The position numbers and the translations under genes are program-made. This document shows positions 22,301 through 37,300 of a stretch of DNA of 64,000 nt, in pieces (the first letter of the stretch is position 1; the number at the start of each line of letters is the position of its first letter). The notes beneath the pieces are model-generated. The model saw only the letters and a list, made by a program, of their open reading frames with translations, did not search any database and was not told where the DNA came from. The stretch spans positions 42,098,001 through 42,162,000 of the forward strand of contig CAIIXF020000001.1 of assembly GCA_903813345.2 (NCBI GenBank). The letters run 5' to 3'. Source of the DNA: Owenia fusiformis (lineage: Eukaryota).

Positions 22301-25300
22301 ATCGCCTGTTGCCTGCTGCTAATGAAACCCCTGTTCAAGATGGTAGCAAGAATATAATTATTTTCTGTTCTATTTTGTAGATCTTTTCCAAGCAAGCCAT
22401 ACTTGTACTGTAGATTATTATGTTAAAATATGCATGCTTATTTTGAGGACACAACATTGATCCAAATCCAATTGTCCAATTGTCCAATCGCCAATCCTTC
22501 GAATCTCAATTGTTCGAATAGAAATCGTACAAATCCCATTTGTCTGAATCCCAATGATCCAAATTTCAAAGTATGAATCACAATCATCCAAATCCCATTT
22601 GTCTGAATCATAATCGTAGGAATCCAAATCTAATGGTCTAAATGGTCCAAATTCCATTCATCCACACTTAATTATTTGATATGGTGATTAAATTTAAATA
22701 TCATGGATTGGTAGAAACATGTATTCAGTTCCCTTGAATGATGTTTTTTTTATGTGCAGATCTGTATCTGGGTTAGGGTATATGGCAAAATGAATATAAG
22801 GTTTTTGTACATTGGATGATAAGTTAGTAGTGCACCTAATTTTAACATTCAAATCAATTGTTGAATGTTCATAAAGAAGGGAATTTACAAGCAAATGAGT
22901 CGCTTTTCTATTGAACCCAAATCATCTAAACAAAGTGTGGCATTGACTTAAATTGGCAGCAAAAAATATGAAGTGGAAAATGCTAAATATGATATTTTCA
23001 ATAAACATGGCTTTAAAACGGGGAACCGATTCTATTCAATCACCACACATCAACGTGGTGTTTTATTCCATGTTCACATGCTTGTTGCATCTTTATCTTG
23101 ATATTTAAATTAAGAAGGATTCGAACCAAAGGGATTCTGACGATTAGGGTTTGGACAATTGAGATTTGGATTCGGACAACTGGGATTCAGACTATTCCCA
23201 GGGATTCAGACCAATGGGATTCAGACCATTGGGATTCAGACCAATGGGATTGGGACCATAAGGGCAACTCCATCTTAGTCAACATGTTTAGATAGCATAC
23301 ACCCCCAATCCGCACACTAAAATCACCATACTGTATGTGCCATTAAGAGTATGGTACCATATGGTACCGTTGGAGTATAGTGTTGTACAGTGTTCACAGT
23401 ACCGTATGGTACTGTTTTAGTCTATGGTACCATATATCACGGTACTGTAGAGTACCATTTCCAAAATGGTACCATACGGTACTGTTGCAGATTGGCTCTG
23501 TAGTTTTACATGAACATGTATATTCAGTTTTACGAAAGGTATGAATCACAGAAATTATTGCGAAAGATCTTACACAACTTTGAAAACTAAAATGAGACTA
23601 AAATGAGAGTTTATTTGTAGGACTTGTTATTGCATAAAGGCCAGATGAGTTCTCAAATCAGATAAAATAAATATTATTAAATTACATTGCAATCAGAACA
23701 CTTTAGACAGGACTCATCATATCTTCTGACATATTAAATTATGATTTTGCTCAACAAAGACCTTGGCCATGAATAGAAGAGAATGAAAAAATATTAAATG
23801 TATCTAAAATGTCACTTTGCATATAGCTTGATAGGCTTAAATTGACATGTTTATAGGTCACTAATAGGGGAAATCACCTCACAATCAAATTATAGATTTT
23901 AGCATAATTAAGTTAGTAGTAACTGCAGTTCCTTCTAAGATATGTCAGTAGCACAATCTACCAATTTGAATGTATTATCTGAAGTGTAATTCAATCAACT
24001 GCATAGGCTAAGATTTGAAATCTGAGTACTCTATTTGTCTTTAATTTGGCGAGTGTTTTAAATTGGTGAATTTTTAAAAATATCGCCAAATTAAAAAGTC
24101 GCTGAATCCCCGGGAATAAGACATGTTTTTTGTTCGGTGCTCTTATCCAGTTATAAGAAAGATATCAAGATGGACGTGCCATTCAAATTAATAGAAACAA
24201 CAAGAAATATTGAAGAAATTTATAGAAACAACAAGAAATATTGAAGAAATTTATATAAACAACAAGAAATATTGAAGAAATTATTCATCAAATTAAGTAG
24301 CGCTTAATTAAAGACAAACACAGTAACATATTTGAAATCTTAAAATTGATAACTAGAAAAACTTGATTGGTTTTAAAAATCTTTTTATTTACTGTGTTGA
24401 CTTTTGACTTTTGATTGACTTTCAAGGAGAAAGGTTGTCTAATTATGAGTATAGGAATAGGCGCTCAGGGGAGTAGATATAGACAGAGGAATAGCAAGAG
24501 CAGAATGTCCTGATATTGACCTTAGTTAACTCATGCTAAACAACAAATTGAATGACGGACAGTTGTGTCTCAGCTAATGCAAATCAATTATCTTGTCATT
24601 TGAGATATTCTCCTCTGTCACTAAACCAAACAAGACTATTATCCAACCCGACATAGTCATTATCAGACACTGTCAAATTCATTATACTCTCTTGTTCTTT
24701 GCCAAAATGAAAATAGCCCCGAGTCCTTAGGAATGGTGTCAGAATATCAATACTGTACTTGCAGGAAGATTAATTTTGTTTCGTTTTTAACCTTCTTCAG
24801 TTCTTTGGAAATGTTAATTTTCCCATCCTCAATTTCTCCACCACATTGGCTGGGGAGTTTCAGTAAACTTCAAACGAGATGACAATTTTTCTACGACTTA
24901 CAATATTTGGACTCAATCCCCTTATTTAAGTGATTTTAAGAGGATTTACAGATATGATGGCTGACAAGAAGGGATTATATGGTTAAGAGGTTTATTCCAT
25001 AAGAGACAATGGGATTTAAGCCTTCTACGTCTGATGTACTGGTAGCTTAAATTGTCTATGTGTACAAACTTGTATTCAATTGCAACTGCCTCAAACCATC
25101 AACAAAAATCAAACTGCAATAATATTTAATCATTGAACTTATACATTTTGCAATTTACATCTTCAGCAGGAGGGGGAATTTTGCCTCTCCTGTTATAACT
25201 AGCCTAAAAGAGAATATTTGATGAGTTTGCCTGCTTTCAAATACATTGATACATTCAAAAATATTGATGACTTTGAAAAATATGATGAAGAATGAATTAC

Positions 25301-28300
25301 ATGTTCATGTTTTATTTCACTTTTTTTTGTTATAGCTAAAGACCTAGTATAGCTATTTTGTTGAAATTTTATATGTGAATACTAATACAAATATTACACC
25401 ATCTCATGATAATTTGGCTAATTGGTGGCCATTTCCAAAAAAGCAGTTCGATGGGATTTGCTTTGCCTTGGCGCTGTTGTAATTTAGTTTACCATAAAGT
25501 AAAAATAAATACACTTAACTTGTTAAAGTTAGCCATCAATACAATCTAATACAATTGAGTTAAAACAGTCCCCACATTGTTCCATAATTGACTGATTGTT
25601 GCAATCATTACAATCATTGTTGTACAGTGTCTTGAAATCTAATTAATCTATCAGCGTGCTTGCTTCGACATTGTCTCTGCAATAAACATCATTTTTAAAT
25701 TAATTGTAAGTCTCTCACAATTGATTGACTGTCTTCATAGATGAGCCTCAGTCTAGACCTCATCAGAAGGGAGTTTGCCTGATTAATTGAAGGTCAACAT
25801 TTTTTCCTATCCCTGTGTATAGGCATACAAACTATTATGATTTTTGCAATAGGTAATGAGTAATCTTAAAAAGCAATAATCCAAAGCTTTGCTAATTACT
25901 CTATCAATTTCCTTCAATATAATGAATGTGGAAACCATTTGTCTTTCTCTCAGTTTAGTAGCTTTATACAGTATTGTATAATATGATGTCATCCTTTGCC
26001 CGATTTGACCTATCCCTGTTGAACAAACATGACATTATAGGTTCTTAATAAATAAATTGTGGCAATGTTTTTTTGTCAGTATAACAAACTTTTTACATGT
26101 TCTACTTTTTTGTAATCGAAAAAGTGATAATATATAAAATAAATGAATAATAGAGTGTTTTTGCATACACCTATAAATTGATGTAGAGTTTAAACCTAAA
26201 AATGCCTTTAAAGGCCCTATGCAAAATTTGAAAAATAGTATAATCATTCAAATATCATTTATTTAAATTACACCACTTGCATAAAATAACTAATGAAAAA
26301 AACTCCATTACAGTATATAATGCTGATCATTTTGTGGAAAAGGCGAGGGTTGAGGGCCGAGTACCTTATCTTTTAGGGAACAGGGCAATGGAGTAGCATG
26401 CATAAAATCCCATGGTGTACTCTCAAAATGTAGTGAAAAGTTGATTTTTTTGCTCCACACTTTAAAAATACTGGATATTCTGGATACATGTAGCGAACAT
26501 CATATATGAAAAGCAAAATAATGTTTTTTTCTTAATCCTGTGTTTGTTTTTAAATTGTGTCGTAATAACCTCTAAATTTACATTTTATTAGTCCATATTA
26601 GTCAGAATTTTCTATTTTAAAACCCCCAAGATCGCTTCAAAAACAATCTCATTTCTCAAAACCTCAAAGCTTGTTCGCTTCTCTCACTTGTTGCATACAC
26701 TCACAAAATACCCACGCTAGGCCACTGCAAGGGGGTTTGATACAAAAAGAGGGATAATGTACATGCATACATGTACTTGCATACTTGATATACAAAAAAA
26801 GTCCCTGATACATTTGCCAACTGAATTAAGATAAAGATGTATTATTACTTGTTGTGAATCTCAAGGTTTTTATAGATGCATAATTCATCTTTTCTTGTTA
26901 TTTATTGTATTCAAATAAAAGAATATTGGATTAACTATTGAATATTCCTATTCCAGAAAACCATTATTACTTATTCACTTTGATGGCTTCTTGTCATTTT
27001 CATCTCAAATTTGCCAATGATTTTTGATTGGCATAGAATTGTATTGTCACCAGGCTTTGTCAAAGTTAAATTAAAAAGGTTTAACATTGTCATACTGACA
27101 TCCTACTTATCTTGATTATTCTATGCTGAGTAAATTTTAAGGTAGCCATATTAATTTTTAGGTATTATATATTTTTCACCATTTGCTTTGTTAATTGTTT
27201 CCATAGTGTTATTTTTCATGGAGATTTGTGTGTTTTGCTGAAGAATCTGTCCGTGCGATTTCCTTAGAAATAAAATCAAAGTAAATCAATGATTTTATTG
27301 CCATCTTTATGCCCATCATTCTATTGTTCCTTTCCTTAATGTTAGTTATTGCTATTATGTGCCTTTTCACCCATCATTTTGATTGTTATTAGAGATCTCT
27401 AGATCTCTTTTATGAGTTTATCAACCAAAAGCTAATTTCCCAAATTGTCTGATTTGATCTACTGAACTATTTATATCATGTAAATAGGGTGAATGATCCC
27501 AATGGTACAACAGACTTGATGCAAGTAGAAATAACCTTGATTAACATCATTAAAAATGAAAAATTCAGTCAAACTGATGTCATATTTGGATTCTACATGT
27601 AAAATTACATAGAAATGTGGTTTGGAAAAGAGTTTATCAACTTTAAAATTTCTTTAACATTTGCTTTAAAACCTGTGTTGATAAGATTCCCGTTTTATTT
27701 ATTTTTGTTAACATCAATACAGAAAACTCCCTCATGACTCCTGGTTCAAAAGCTCGCCTATTTTCAAAATGGTCAAAAAGTTTTATCCGTTTTTTTTTTG
27801 TTTTCAGCCATTTTAGTTAACATTGATTTGTCCATCTATCTTGCGAAATCCACTTTTGGACCATTTGCCTTTTAAAAACCTGCCGATAGGATTCCCGTTT
27901 TAATTTATATTTGTTCAACATCAATGTAGAAAACTCCTCTATGACTCCTGGTTCAAGAGCTCACCTATTTTCAAAATGGTCACCATTTTTGTCTCGCAGA
28001 ATTCACTTTTGGCCTATTTCCTAGCTTACAAACAATTTCAGGTGTCCTGCATTGTAAAAAGCCATGTCACAGTAAAGAGTATTTGCATGAAATAATTTTC
28101 TTACAAAAAATCGGCAAAAATTACATTAATTTTTTCTGCCATTTTAGCCATAATTCACTGTTGAGCAACACCATGTGAGCCCAGTACCCACTATACTATT
28201 TATTTATGTATATATTTATATTTATTTATTTATATATCTGAGTATAAGTGAGGGACTGTCCGTCCCATTCCCATAATTTACTCCCATGTTTATGAAATTT

Positions 28301-31300
28301 AACTTTCCTAACTCTTCATCCTCAAGGCTTTTTATTTAAATCTTCTTTTCACCCATTCTTAGTACCCCACACACAATTTTGTTGCCTACTTTGATGTGTT
28401 GTAGAAAAAATATCCAACCGTTTGCTCATGAAATGCACTAACTTGAAACAATTGTGACACTCAAAATTTCATGAGCAAACTATTGTAGGATGTTTTTCTA
28501 CAACACATATAGTAGGCGGCAAAATTGTGTGGGGTACTATAATGCTTCTTACTTATCCTCATCGGAAATTCTCTTCACCAAATTTATAAAAGTTCTAACT
28601 TCTGTTCACTCAAACCTACAAGGTGTCTTTAACCTCTCACAACTCTTACTTAATATATGGTGTCTGTTTTGTCTTTATAAATAATTATATGATAGCTTAA
28701 CTTCTCACCCTTACTTACCTTTACTTATTTCATGTATTTATATGATGTCTTACTTATCTTGTCTTCACCAATACACATAAGGTACTGTCTAACTTCTGTC
28801 TCATACTTTTTTTTTTTATTCATTACTTTATTTATTCATATCAGTAAAATATTTTACACAAGAACTCCTCGATCGCCTTTCAGCATTATAGAGGAGCTAA
28901 TAAACACAAATAATATAATACAATAGCTAATATAATATAATGTCTCATACTTATTACTTATGAGGTGTCTGATTTGTCACCCATCCTAATAATATGTCTA
29001 ACTTCTCCTTACCCATATACTTTTAAGGTGTAACTCCTCACCAATACTTTTAAGATGTTTAACTCCTAACCTATACTATTACCCATATTTATAAGATGTT
29101 GAACTTCTCACCCATACTTTTAAGATGTCTAACTCCTAACCTATACTATTACCCATATTTATAAGATGTTGAACTTCTCACCCATACTTTTAAGATGTCT
29201 AACTCCTAACCTATACTATTACCCATATTTATAAGATGTTGAACTTCTCACCCATACTTTTAAGATGTCTAACTCCTAACCTATACTATTACCCATATTT
29301 ATAAGATGTTGAACTTCTCACCCATACTTTTAAGATGTTTAACTCACCCATACTTATAAGGTGTCTAACTTTTCACCCATACTTGTAGGATGGTTAACTC
29401 CTTACTCATACTTATACCCTATATTTATAAGATGTCTAACTACTCCTCACCCATTCTTATAAGGTGTCTAACTTCCAGGTGACAGCTGTTGTAACCCCCT
29501 GAGCATGGGATCCATAGAGCGCCTTATAGAGAAATATGTCCCAGGTGTCTACGTTCATTCTCTCGAAATAGGGAACAATATTATCGAGGTAAGGCAATGT
29601 AGCCCTTGTAGAGCAAGTCATATAATTTGTTGGGCACATGGAGTTGATGGTACCTCAAATGCATGAGTCTTCTCCACTTACAAATAAATTCTAAATGTAA
29701 ATAAATTCTATGTAAATTCAACCTAGTTGAGACTAGCCAAATGTGTTGGACTATCCATTCAGATTCAAAGAACACTGCAAAATTTTGGATTTACTTTACT
29801 CCAAAATATCAAATTATTTTGTAACTGCTCTACAAGGGTATATTTATGTGCTATTTTACTATGATAGTCAATGTTTATCTTGGCCCTTGTGTTTAAACAG
29901 GGGACAGTTGCTGCAATCCACAAAGCATGGGTATGATCAAATCTTGGATCGAAAAGCAGATTCCTAACATTTATGTACATTCACTTATGATTGGGGCATC
30001 TGAGTCACAGGTAGTGTATATGTAAATTTAAAAAAGGTATACCAAATGAAGTGAAATAACACAAGCACATGTGCACCTTGTCATACCTATTAGATAGAAG
30101 GTAAAACACCAGTGTCTCAATATACAAGTCCTTAATACCTACAGGGTGTCAATTTGAATGCTCTTTCCAATGATATATAGAATAATATAGGTACTTCTCC
30201 TAGTTTGTGCTTTGGATGGGGCACAATGTCATTTGACACCTGTATATAGATTATCCTATATGAGGTTTAGGATATTGGGATTATTAACAGGGAAATATGC
30301 TCCTTCCATTGTTTAAATCATCAAACAGATCATGATTGTCTGCATTTTTTGCCATTGGTAATCACAGTTTACCATACGGAAGGTACAAAAGTGCAACAAC
30401 ATGCAAACAGTTTTAAATATTATTATATCTAATATATCTGCCCACTCAGCCAGGATGTAGAACTATTCCTGCTCGCTGATGAAAATACAACTGTTTACAA
30501 CCTCTTTTATGTACATCAAACACTTCCAAGTATGGGATAAAGCAAGTGTATATATACATGTAGTACAGAGTACTATATATATTTCTAGCACTGATGGAGG
30601 AAGAAAACATTTTTGAAAAATTCTTTTTTATACCTGCACATGTTATTTTCTGGTACAAAATAAAGTGAAGACATGGGTATATTTCCTTATTTTTTCTGGA
30701 AGTCATCCTTGTTGTATCCGATGTTTAGTGAGTTAGAAATGATTTTTAGGAAATCTAGTGTTGTTGAGAAACTCCGAAAAGAAATTTGGAAAAAATTTTT
30801 ACTAAAAAAGTCAGTGTAATAATGGTTTTGTGAAAAAAGCAAGGATATACACACATGCATTTATATACTTTACTTTGTACCAGAAAACTACATGTGCAGT
30901 TAAAGCATTTTTTCCAAAATCTCCTTCCACCCACCATCACCTAAACCTGTGAGCACTGGGTATTTCCATTTCAGCATGTTTCACTTTACCAATGTAATGT
31001 TTGTTTGTCAGAAAAAGAGATCTGTAATTAAGATGTAATGTAAGCTTTCTTTGTTATTCAATTGCTAGATTTTTCGTAGAAGTGTATTGATACTTTTTAT
31101 TGAGCTATTTCATGAATATTTTATTCAGCAAAGGGCCTCATTTATGTAAGCAGACCACCTCCATAGAAGCATACAACTTGCTCAGAATCTCGTGGGAAAA
31201 GGGAAAAATCACAGGTTCTTGGTTGTTTTCCTCTTTATCCTTTTGTACTCTTTGTAGCTTATCTTATCTTAATTATTAATCTGAATTATTACACTTGTAG

Positions 31301-34300
31301 TTAAATTTCCCAAATTGGCTGCCTTTCCTTGACATTTCAGACACTGTCTTACATATTATACAGGGTGAGCCAAACATGTCAGTTTTTGAAAGGCAATTTT
31401 AATTCTCAATGCTTTTTATTAGCGGTAAGTGAATTATTCAATATTATCCCTATTATCGCCTGCTCGAATAACTTGTATTTTTCTTGATTTTTGTTTTTGA
31501 AGTTGCTTGTCTTTCTTGGAAAAGTCAGGTGTGCATTTATTGGAGTGTCTGTGTCCATTAGAGATAATACAGTATGTCTTTAATAAATAATGTGTCTAGG
31601 AAAAATACCAGGCCTGCCAAAAATTGCCTTTCTGGCCCACTCTGTATTTGTGAACATTTGGGACCAGATTTAGATTAATGGGGTCGTGTATTGAAATTAA
31701 GAGGAAATGTTGTGAACTATTCAATCTTCATAAAATGTTTTTAAATAATAGTACCCCTTGATGTTTGATTATTATATTAAAGTGGTGTAAGTATTCTCAG
31801 TTGCATACTTGTCTGCCCTGAAGAGACAATTACAGTACACCTAATATTTATTTTAATTGATTATATTGCATTTGCATCCCATCGTGCAAGGTTTGTAACC
31901 TTTCGTAGGCATCCCACTGCCAGATAACAATGGTATACAAAATAACAGCATGAATAATAATTTGGAATTCTTATGTTCTTTGTTTTGAATCACAAAAACT
32001 GCAGAAAATTATACTATAAATGATGCTCAAATATAATTTTCCTGCCTTGAAATATGTTTCCTTAAATTGCCAGTACATGTATTATTACTGGCTAGACAAT
32101 ACATTGGTCGCACTGTTTTGCACTTTATTTATGATAGATTGTCTTTTGTACGATTGACAATAAATTATTTGCTTCCTTCAATACAAGTCTGACACAAATA
32201 ATATTCTCGTATAAACTGGCTGAAAAATTCTGTAAATTATCCAGAAGAAAAATTGCTGTCAGAATTTAAAGGTCAAGATAACACTGTCATACTTTTAAAT
32301 AACACTGTCAATCAAATTGATTAATTGAATTAAATTTCTTAAGTATTTCCACTATCTGCCAATAAAGTCCCCGAAGACTAAACATTGACTAAACATCAGT
32401 CTTTCTGTCTCTCTGAAGTTTCAAGCCGTAAATTTGTCAATAAAACCTAATAAACACAGACTTAAACACAAAGGATCAAACAACTGCCTATGACCCTTAT
32501 TATGTCATTCTGCACAATAAGTTCTAGTAAGGAGACGCTTTGATAAATCAATGGCAATCAAAAAACATTATTAATTTAGTTTGTGTACTGAGTACTTTTG
32601 ATCCATGCTGTGATAAAAATACTTATCTCAGTAAGATGGGTAACCTATCGCCCTCCGAGATGTTCAGCAATTCCTTTGATAGGTCCGCGCAGAATGAATA
32701 AAGAAAGGAAATATTGAGTCCTATAGATTTAGGTTGGCGTAATATGTATCCTGAATTATTTTTGAATTATGAATGCTGGGATGGGGCGCAGTTACAAAAT
32801 CTTTCATCAAAGGCTCCTATATATACCAACTCAAACCTAAAAACTTTTAATAACATATAGGCCTATTGAGCAAATATGATTCTTTACACTGAATTATATT
32901 GTACCAAAGGGAACTTTGAATGAATGCATGGAACCACGTTGTCCAACCCAAACGCTCTGACATGCACGACAGAGCGTTTCATTCATGCGGAAATGCTGCG
33001 GAGCGAAATAAAATGGTGGCTAATGAAGATACCATTTTGATCGTATGTATTGTTTCACTTGTTTCTCTTACATATCATACGTTATGGTGACATATTATGT
33101 ACCATTCGATGAACTATACCCTGATCAAAGATCTTATTTGCCGAATTAACCACAAATTACGAATTAAACTAGTATTTATATGAAAACATTAATCTTTCTG
33201 TCAAAATAGTAGATCACAAACTATTCTCATTTGCTAAAATCCCAGTCCAAATCCATCACTTGTTCTCGAGAAATACTTGTTTTCCTCGAAATGCTCCGTT
33301 GATTTTGGACACAATTTTAGAAACGCTCTTGCCATTTTATTTTGATATTATATTCATATTATTAGAGACGAGTTCGGCATCGAATCTCTCAAAACTGTGT
33401 TGTACTGTGTACTGTGTGCAAAACATAAAACTATTGACAAAAAGTTTAAATGTGTCAATTAATCTTTCTTCTTTTGATGCCGAGGGGTATAATAGATCTT
33501 TTCTTTCTCTTCCTGGAAAGGAAAGTCAAGCTAATTCCTAAATATCTAGACTAGTACCGCAGCGTTTCCACTTCACTGTGTTAACCAGGTCGCAGCGTTT
33601 CTTGAATATTTTTGGTAATCAAATCACAATTACGATAATGTATGGTATGGTGTGTTGAAGCTTTAGAATTTGACCAAAATATACATGTACTCGGATGCTC
33701 TAATCTTGATTCAGCTAATCACATGTCTTGACAAAAGAGGTTTTGACATGTAGAATGACAAATCCATTTATGAATTTTGATAAATATACTGTTTCGTACA
33801 GCTCTTCCTAATTGCTTCAAACGTCAACAGCCAGCCAAGTACAACATGAATATCACACCAAACGATTCGGCATCGAATGGGATACTCGAAATAAGTAACA
33901 CATACCTCTTATTCCCATTACTGGGGAAATCTTCAGATGACTCATCATTCCCGCCCATCATTTTTCCTACTCCGGAGTGTTTCTTTGTTTAGTTTCAGTA
34001 ATGAAATGCTCCCTCGTGCATGTTAGAGCGTTTGGGTTAGACACTGTGGGAACACATTGATTTAATAATAGAATACGACATCAAGTGGCATGTCTATGCA
34101 ACCATTGATGATGGTCCCTAAATGCAATTTTGTGAAATCAGCTGATAATTATATTATATAATTATATAATTTTTAAACATCACGATTTTTTCTGGTGTCT
34201 TTTACCGCAGAACTCCAAACCTTCCATGTAATGATGACATTATCTTGCAGGACATGGAGAATGGATTCCTAATGAATGTGAATGACCAGGTTACAATGGC

Positions 34301-37300
34301 TTGTGATAAGATAAAGAAAGATCCAAAACTGGCAGCAGGATACAATTCTGTGGGCTTCTCCCAAGGTGGCCAGTTCTTGTAAGTAAAAGGACCTGTGCAA
34401 ATTAAATGTATGTTTAACATTGTCTACTTGGTGTTTCCTTCACCTCAATTTTCAAACATTTTTACTTGCCAGTTAAGATTTTTACCATCTTTTAATCTAT
34501 TTTTTATATCATATTAGTCAGGTAATTTTCAAAAGATGATTCTATGAAACAAACAAAACAAAACAAAACACTTGCTTGTTTGACTCAGTATTATAATCAA
34601 ATGTTTTCTTGGTTTCACATGCTCAGTAAAATTAATTGACACGTATTGATTTTAAAATGGAAGATCAATTTCAACTTTATTTTGAAATTAACTGAGAAAT
34701 ATTTAGCAGTTAGCCAAAGGTGGTGACATGTTGCAAGCTGTTACCAGATTGATTGATGTACTAAAAAAGATCTTATGTAGGTTTTAATGTTAGTTTATGG
34801 AATAATTATAAGTATACAAGAACCATGCAGAATGTGATGTATTATTTGAGGGACGTTTGAATGCATATTTATATCTGAGATATAGATTGATTTGTAGTAA
34901 TCAATCCTTAATTAATATAAATATGTATATGTATTAATATGTATTTTATAATGGCCTTATGAAGTTGCACTTTGACTGTAACCTACTTATGGCATTTAGA
35001 AACTCTTACATTGGCATTAATTCTGCTTTATTTTCGCATAATTTTTTTTATTGTTCCATTTTATGCTCTCTCAATATTTCATCTTCACTAAGAACGATTT
35101 TTAGCTCTCAGTATTAACTGTGAGACCTTTGACAATTGAGAGATCCTTAATTTACCCATAGAATATCATGTCACATTCAATTAATCGGTTAATCAACTCC
35201 ACTCTATCGTATATACTTTCTTAAATTGGAGCATCGAAACCTATATTATAAAAACACTCCCAATAAAATCAAATGAGAATAATATGTAAATGGTACAGCA
35301 TTGAAGCAAGTCCTATTAGACAATTATATGATTTAGACAGGCTGTAAATTTCCCAATGGAAATACAAGTCACAACTGACACTGGAATGTTTTATGTCAAT
35401 TCTTACCACTGGAAAGTATTAAGTCATTGATGTAAAGTGTAAACGAATGATGTGTACAAATGAAAACAAAATGAATACAAACAACAAAAGGATTCAGTGG
35501 AGTCACAATAAATTCCTATTTATATTACAGCTGTACCAAAAAATCTTTTTCTCATCAATTATTTCATTGAAATCTTGAATGATGTTTTTTTCTTTGCAGG
35601 AGAGCAGTTGCCCAACGTTGTCCCAACCCGCCTATGCACAACTTGGTCTCAATGGGAGGGCAGCACCAAGGTATGTGTAATCAATAACTCAGGAGTCATC
35701 AATCTTCCATTGTACCAGATACCATTTTCTCCTTTTCTTTCTTAAATTCATGTAAAGGCTTGATGCCTATTTTTGATCATAAAATGCACCAAATATAAAA
35801 TTTGGAATGACACCATGCATCCTTCTTTTTTAATTTTTTTAATTTGATACAATTATCTAGCATTAGATTTCCATGGATGGCACTAGATACCCATAAGAGT
35901 GTACATTGTATATTTTCTACAAGCTTTGTATTTCATTGAAGAAACTTAAGGCTCTTTGGATGTCCATGATTAGGAGTATTGCAGGGAAACACTAAGAGAC
36001 CATAACGGTTGTGCTTTTTTAGTACATATGCATCTCACATGTTTTCACATGACTTACTTTTATATTCAAGGAAATGAACAATCATATACCCATAGGCCTC
36101 ATTAATGTTTATTGAAGAATGTTATTGCTTTTTTTATTATATATTGGAATGTTTTATGTATTGTAATTGATTTGTGTATAAGCCCCGAGACTCTAAATAC
36201 AATAAGTCTCAAATAGAAAAAATAATTTGTTTAGTATTTCTCACGAACCTTGAACCATGGGGTTTACTACTTGAAAGCCTATGCTTGAACTAAGAACATG
36301 CACAAGACAATAAGTCTGATTTCCAAACTAGATTAACAAAACTGTTAATTGTTTAATTTCCAACGAGTTCTTATGTATCAAGGCATGGGATCTTGAGATA
36401 ATGACTTGACCATAAACTGGATCCTTAGATAATCAAGGCAAAGCAATAGAATGTAAAATCTTACTATTAAAGGACAACTGAAATAGGTTTTCTCTACTTG
36501 CAGCTACAGAAATGTGGTTTTCTGCATTGTAAGCCTAACAAAGAGTTCTCACGATAAAAAGAATTGTTAATTAACTGTTATTGGCCATAATATAACATAA
36601 TAAAATTAATGGTTCAATCAGATTGGCCACAACATGATTAGTAATGTCATACAAAATTTATAGTTTTTGTCTATTGGTTCCTTGGTAATCTCAACATCAC
36701 TGCAACCGCAGGATTGTTGTGTAAACAAATAACAAAAAATCTTAAAATTATGACGTCATAATTCAATGGACCAAAATGGGCCACGTGGGGACCAGTGACA
36801 ACTGGCTCACCTGTAATATGGTGATCTATAGGAGCATCTGTGCACCAATAGACCCTCCCATTGGGATCTGTTTTGGAATTTTATCATGGTTAGAGCATGG
36901 GCTTTCATGGTTAGAGTCTCTTCAAGGGAATCCAATTTTGCAGTATCTTAGGTGATGGGGACTTCAATATCCATTAATAAATTGTCGAGGTGAAGACGAT
37001 CATATATGATGTGTCCATGATATAATCAGTATTTTCAACTGATTTTTCTTAACTACATGTAAAATTGTGTTTCATATATTCTGATGAAGAAAAGATTAAA
37101 AATTTGATTGTGGTACGTTTGATTTATTTCTGTATAATGAAAAAAAGCTGGATGACAAAATTTTCTCTTAAAAATTGTAGAACTAAAAATACATGTACCG
37201 CATAGAATAACTCCAATGGTGAAATTTTAGAAGGAGGAAGCAAAGTTTCTTCAGACTTGAAGTTGACGTTTGCTTATTTTTCCCTTCATTATGTTCCCAT

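Noticed and set aside
22418..23295. W/D-repeat ORFs of 79 and 65 aa
   Set aside because: Translations of 15-bp tandem repeats, with no splice or start context.
29091..29340. Regular repeats resembling a CRISPR array
   Set aside because: Units are contiguous and identical with no unique spacers, there are no cas genes, and the context is a eukaryotic intron.
32935..34048. Bona fide 12/23 recombination signal sequences
   Set aside because: Only one exact heptamer, no nonamer at either spacing, and no V/J-like segments nearby.
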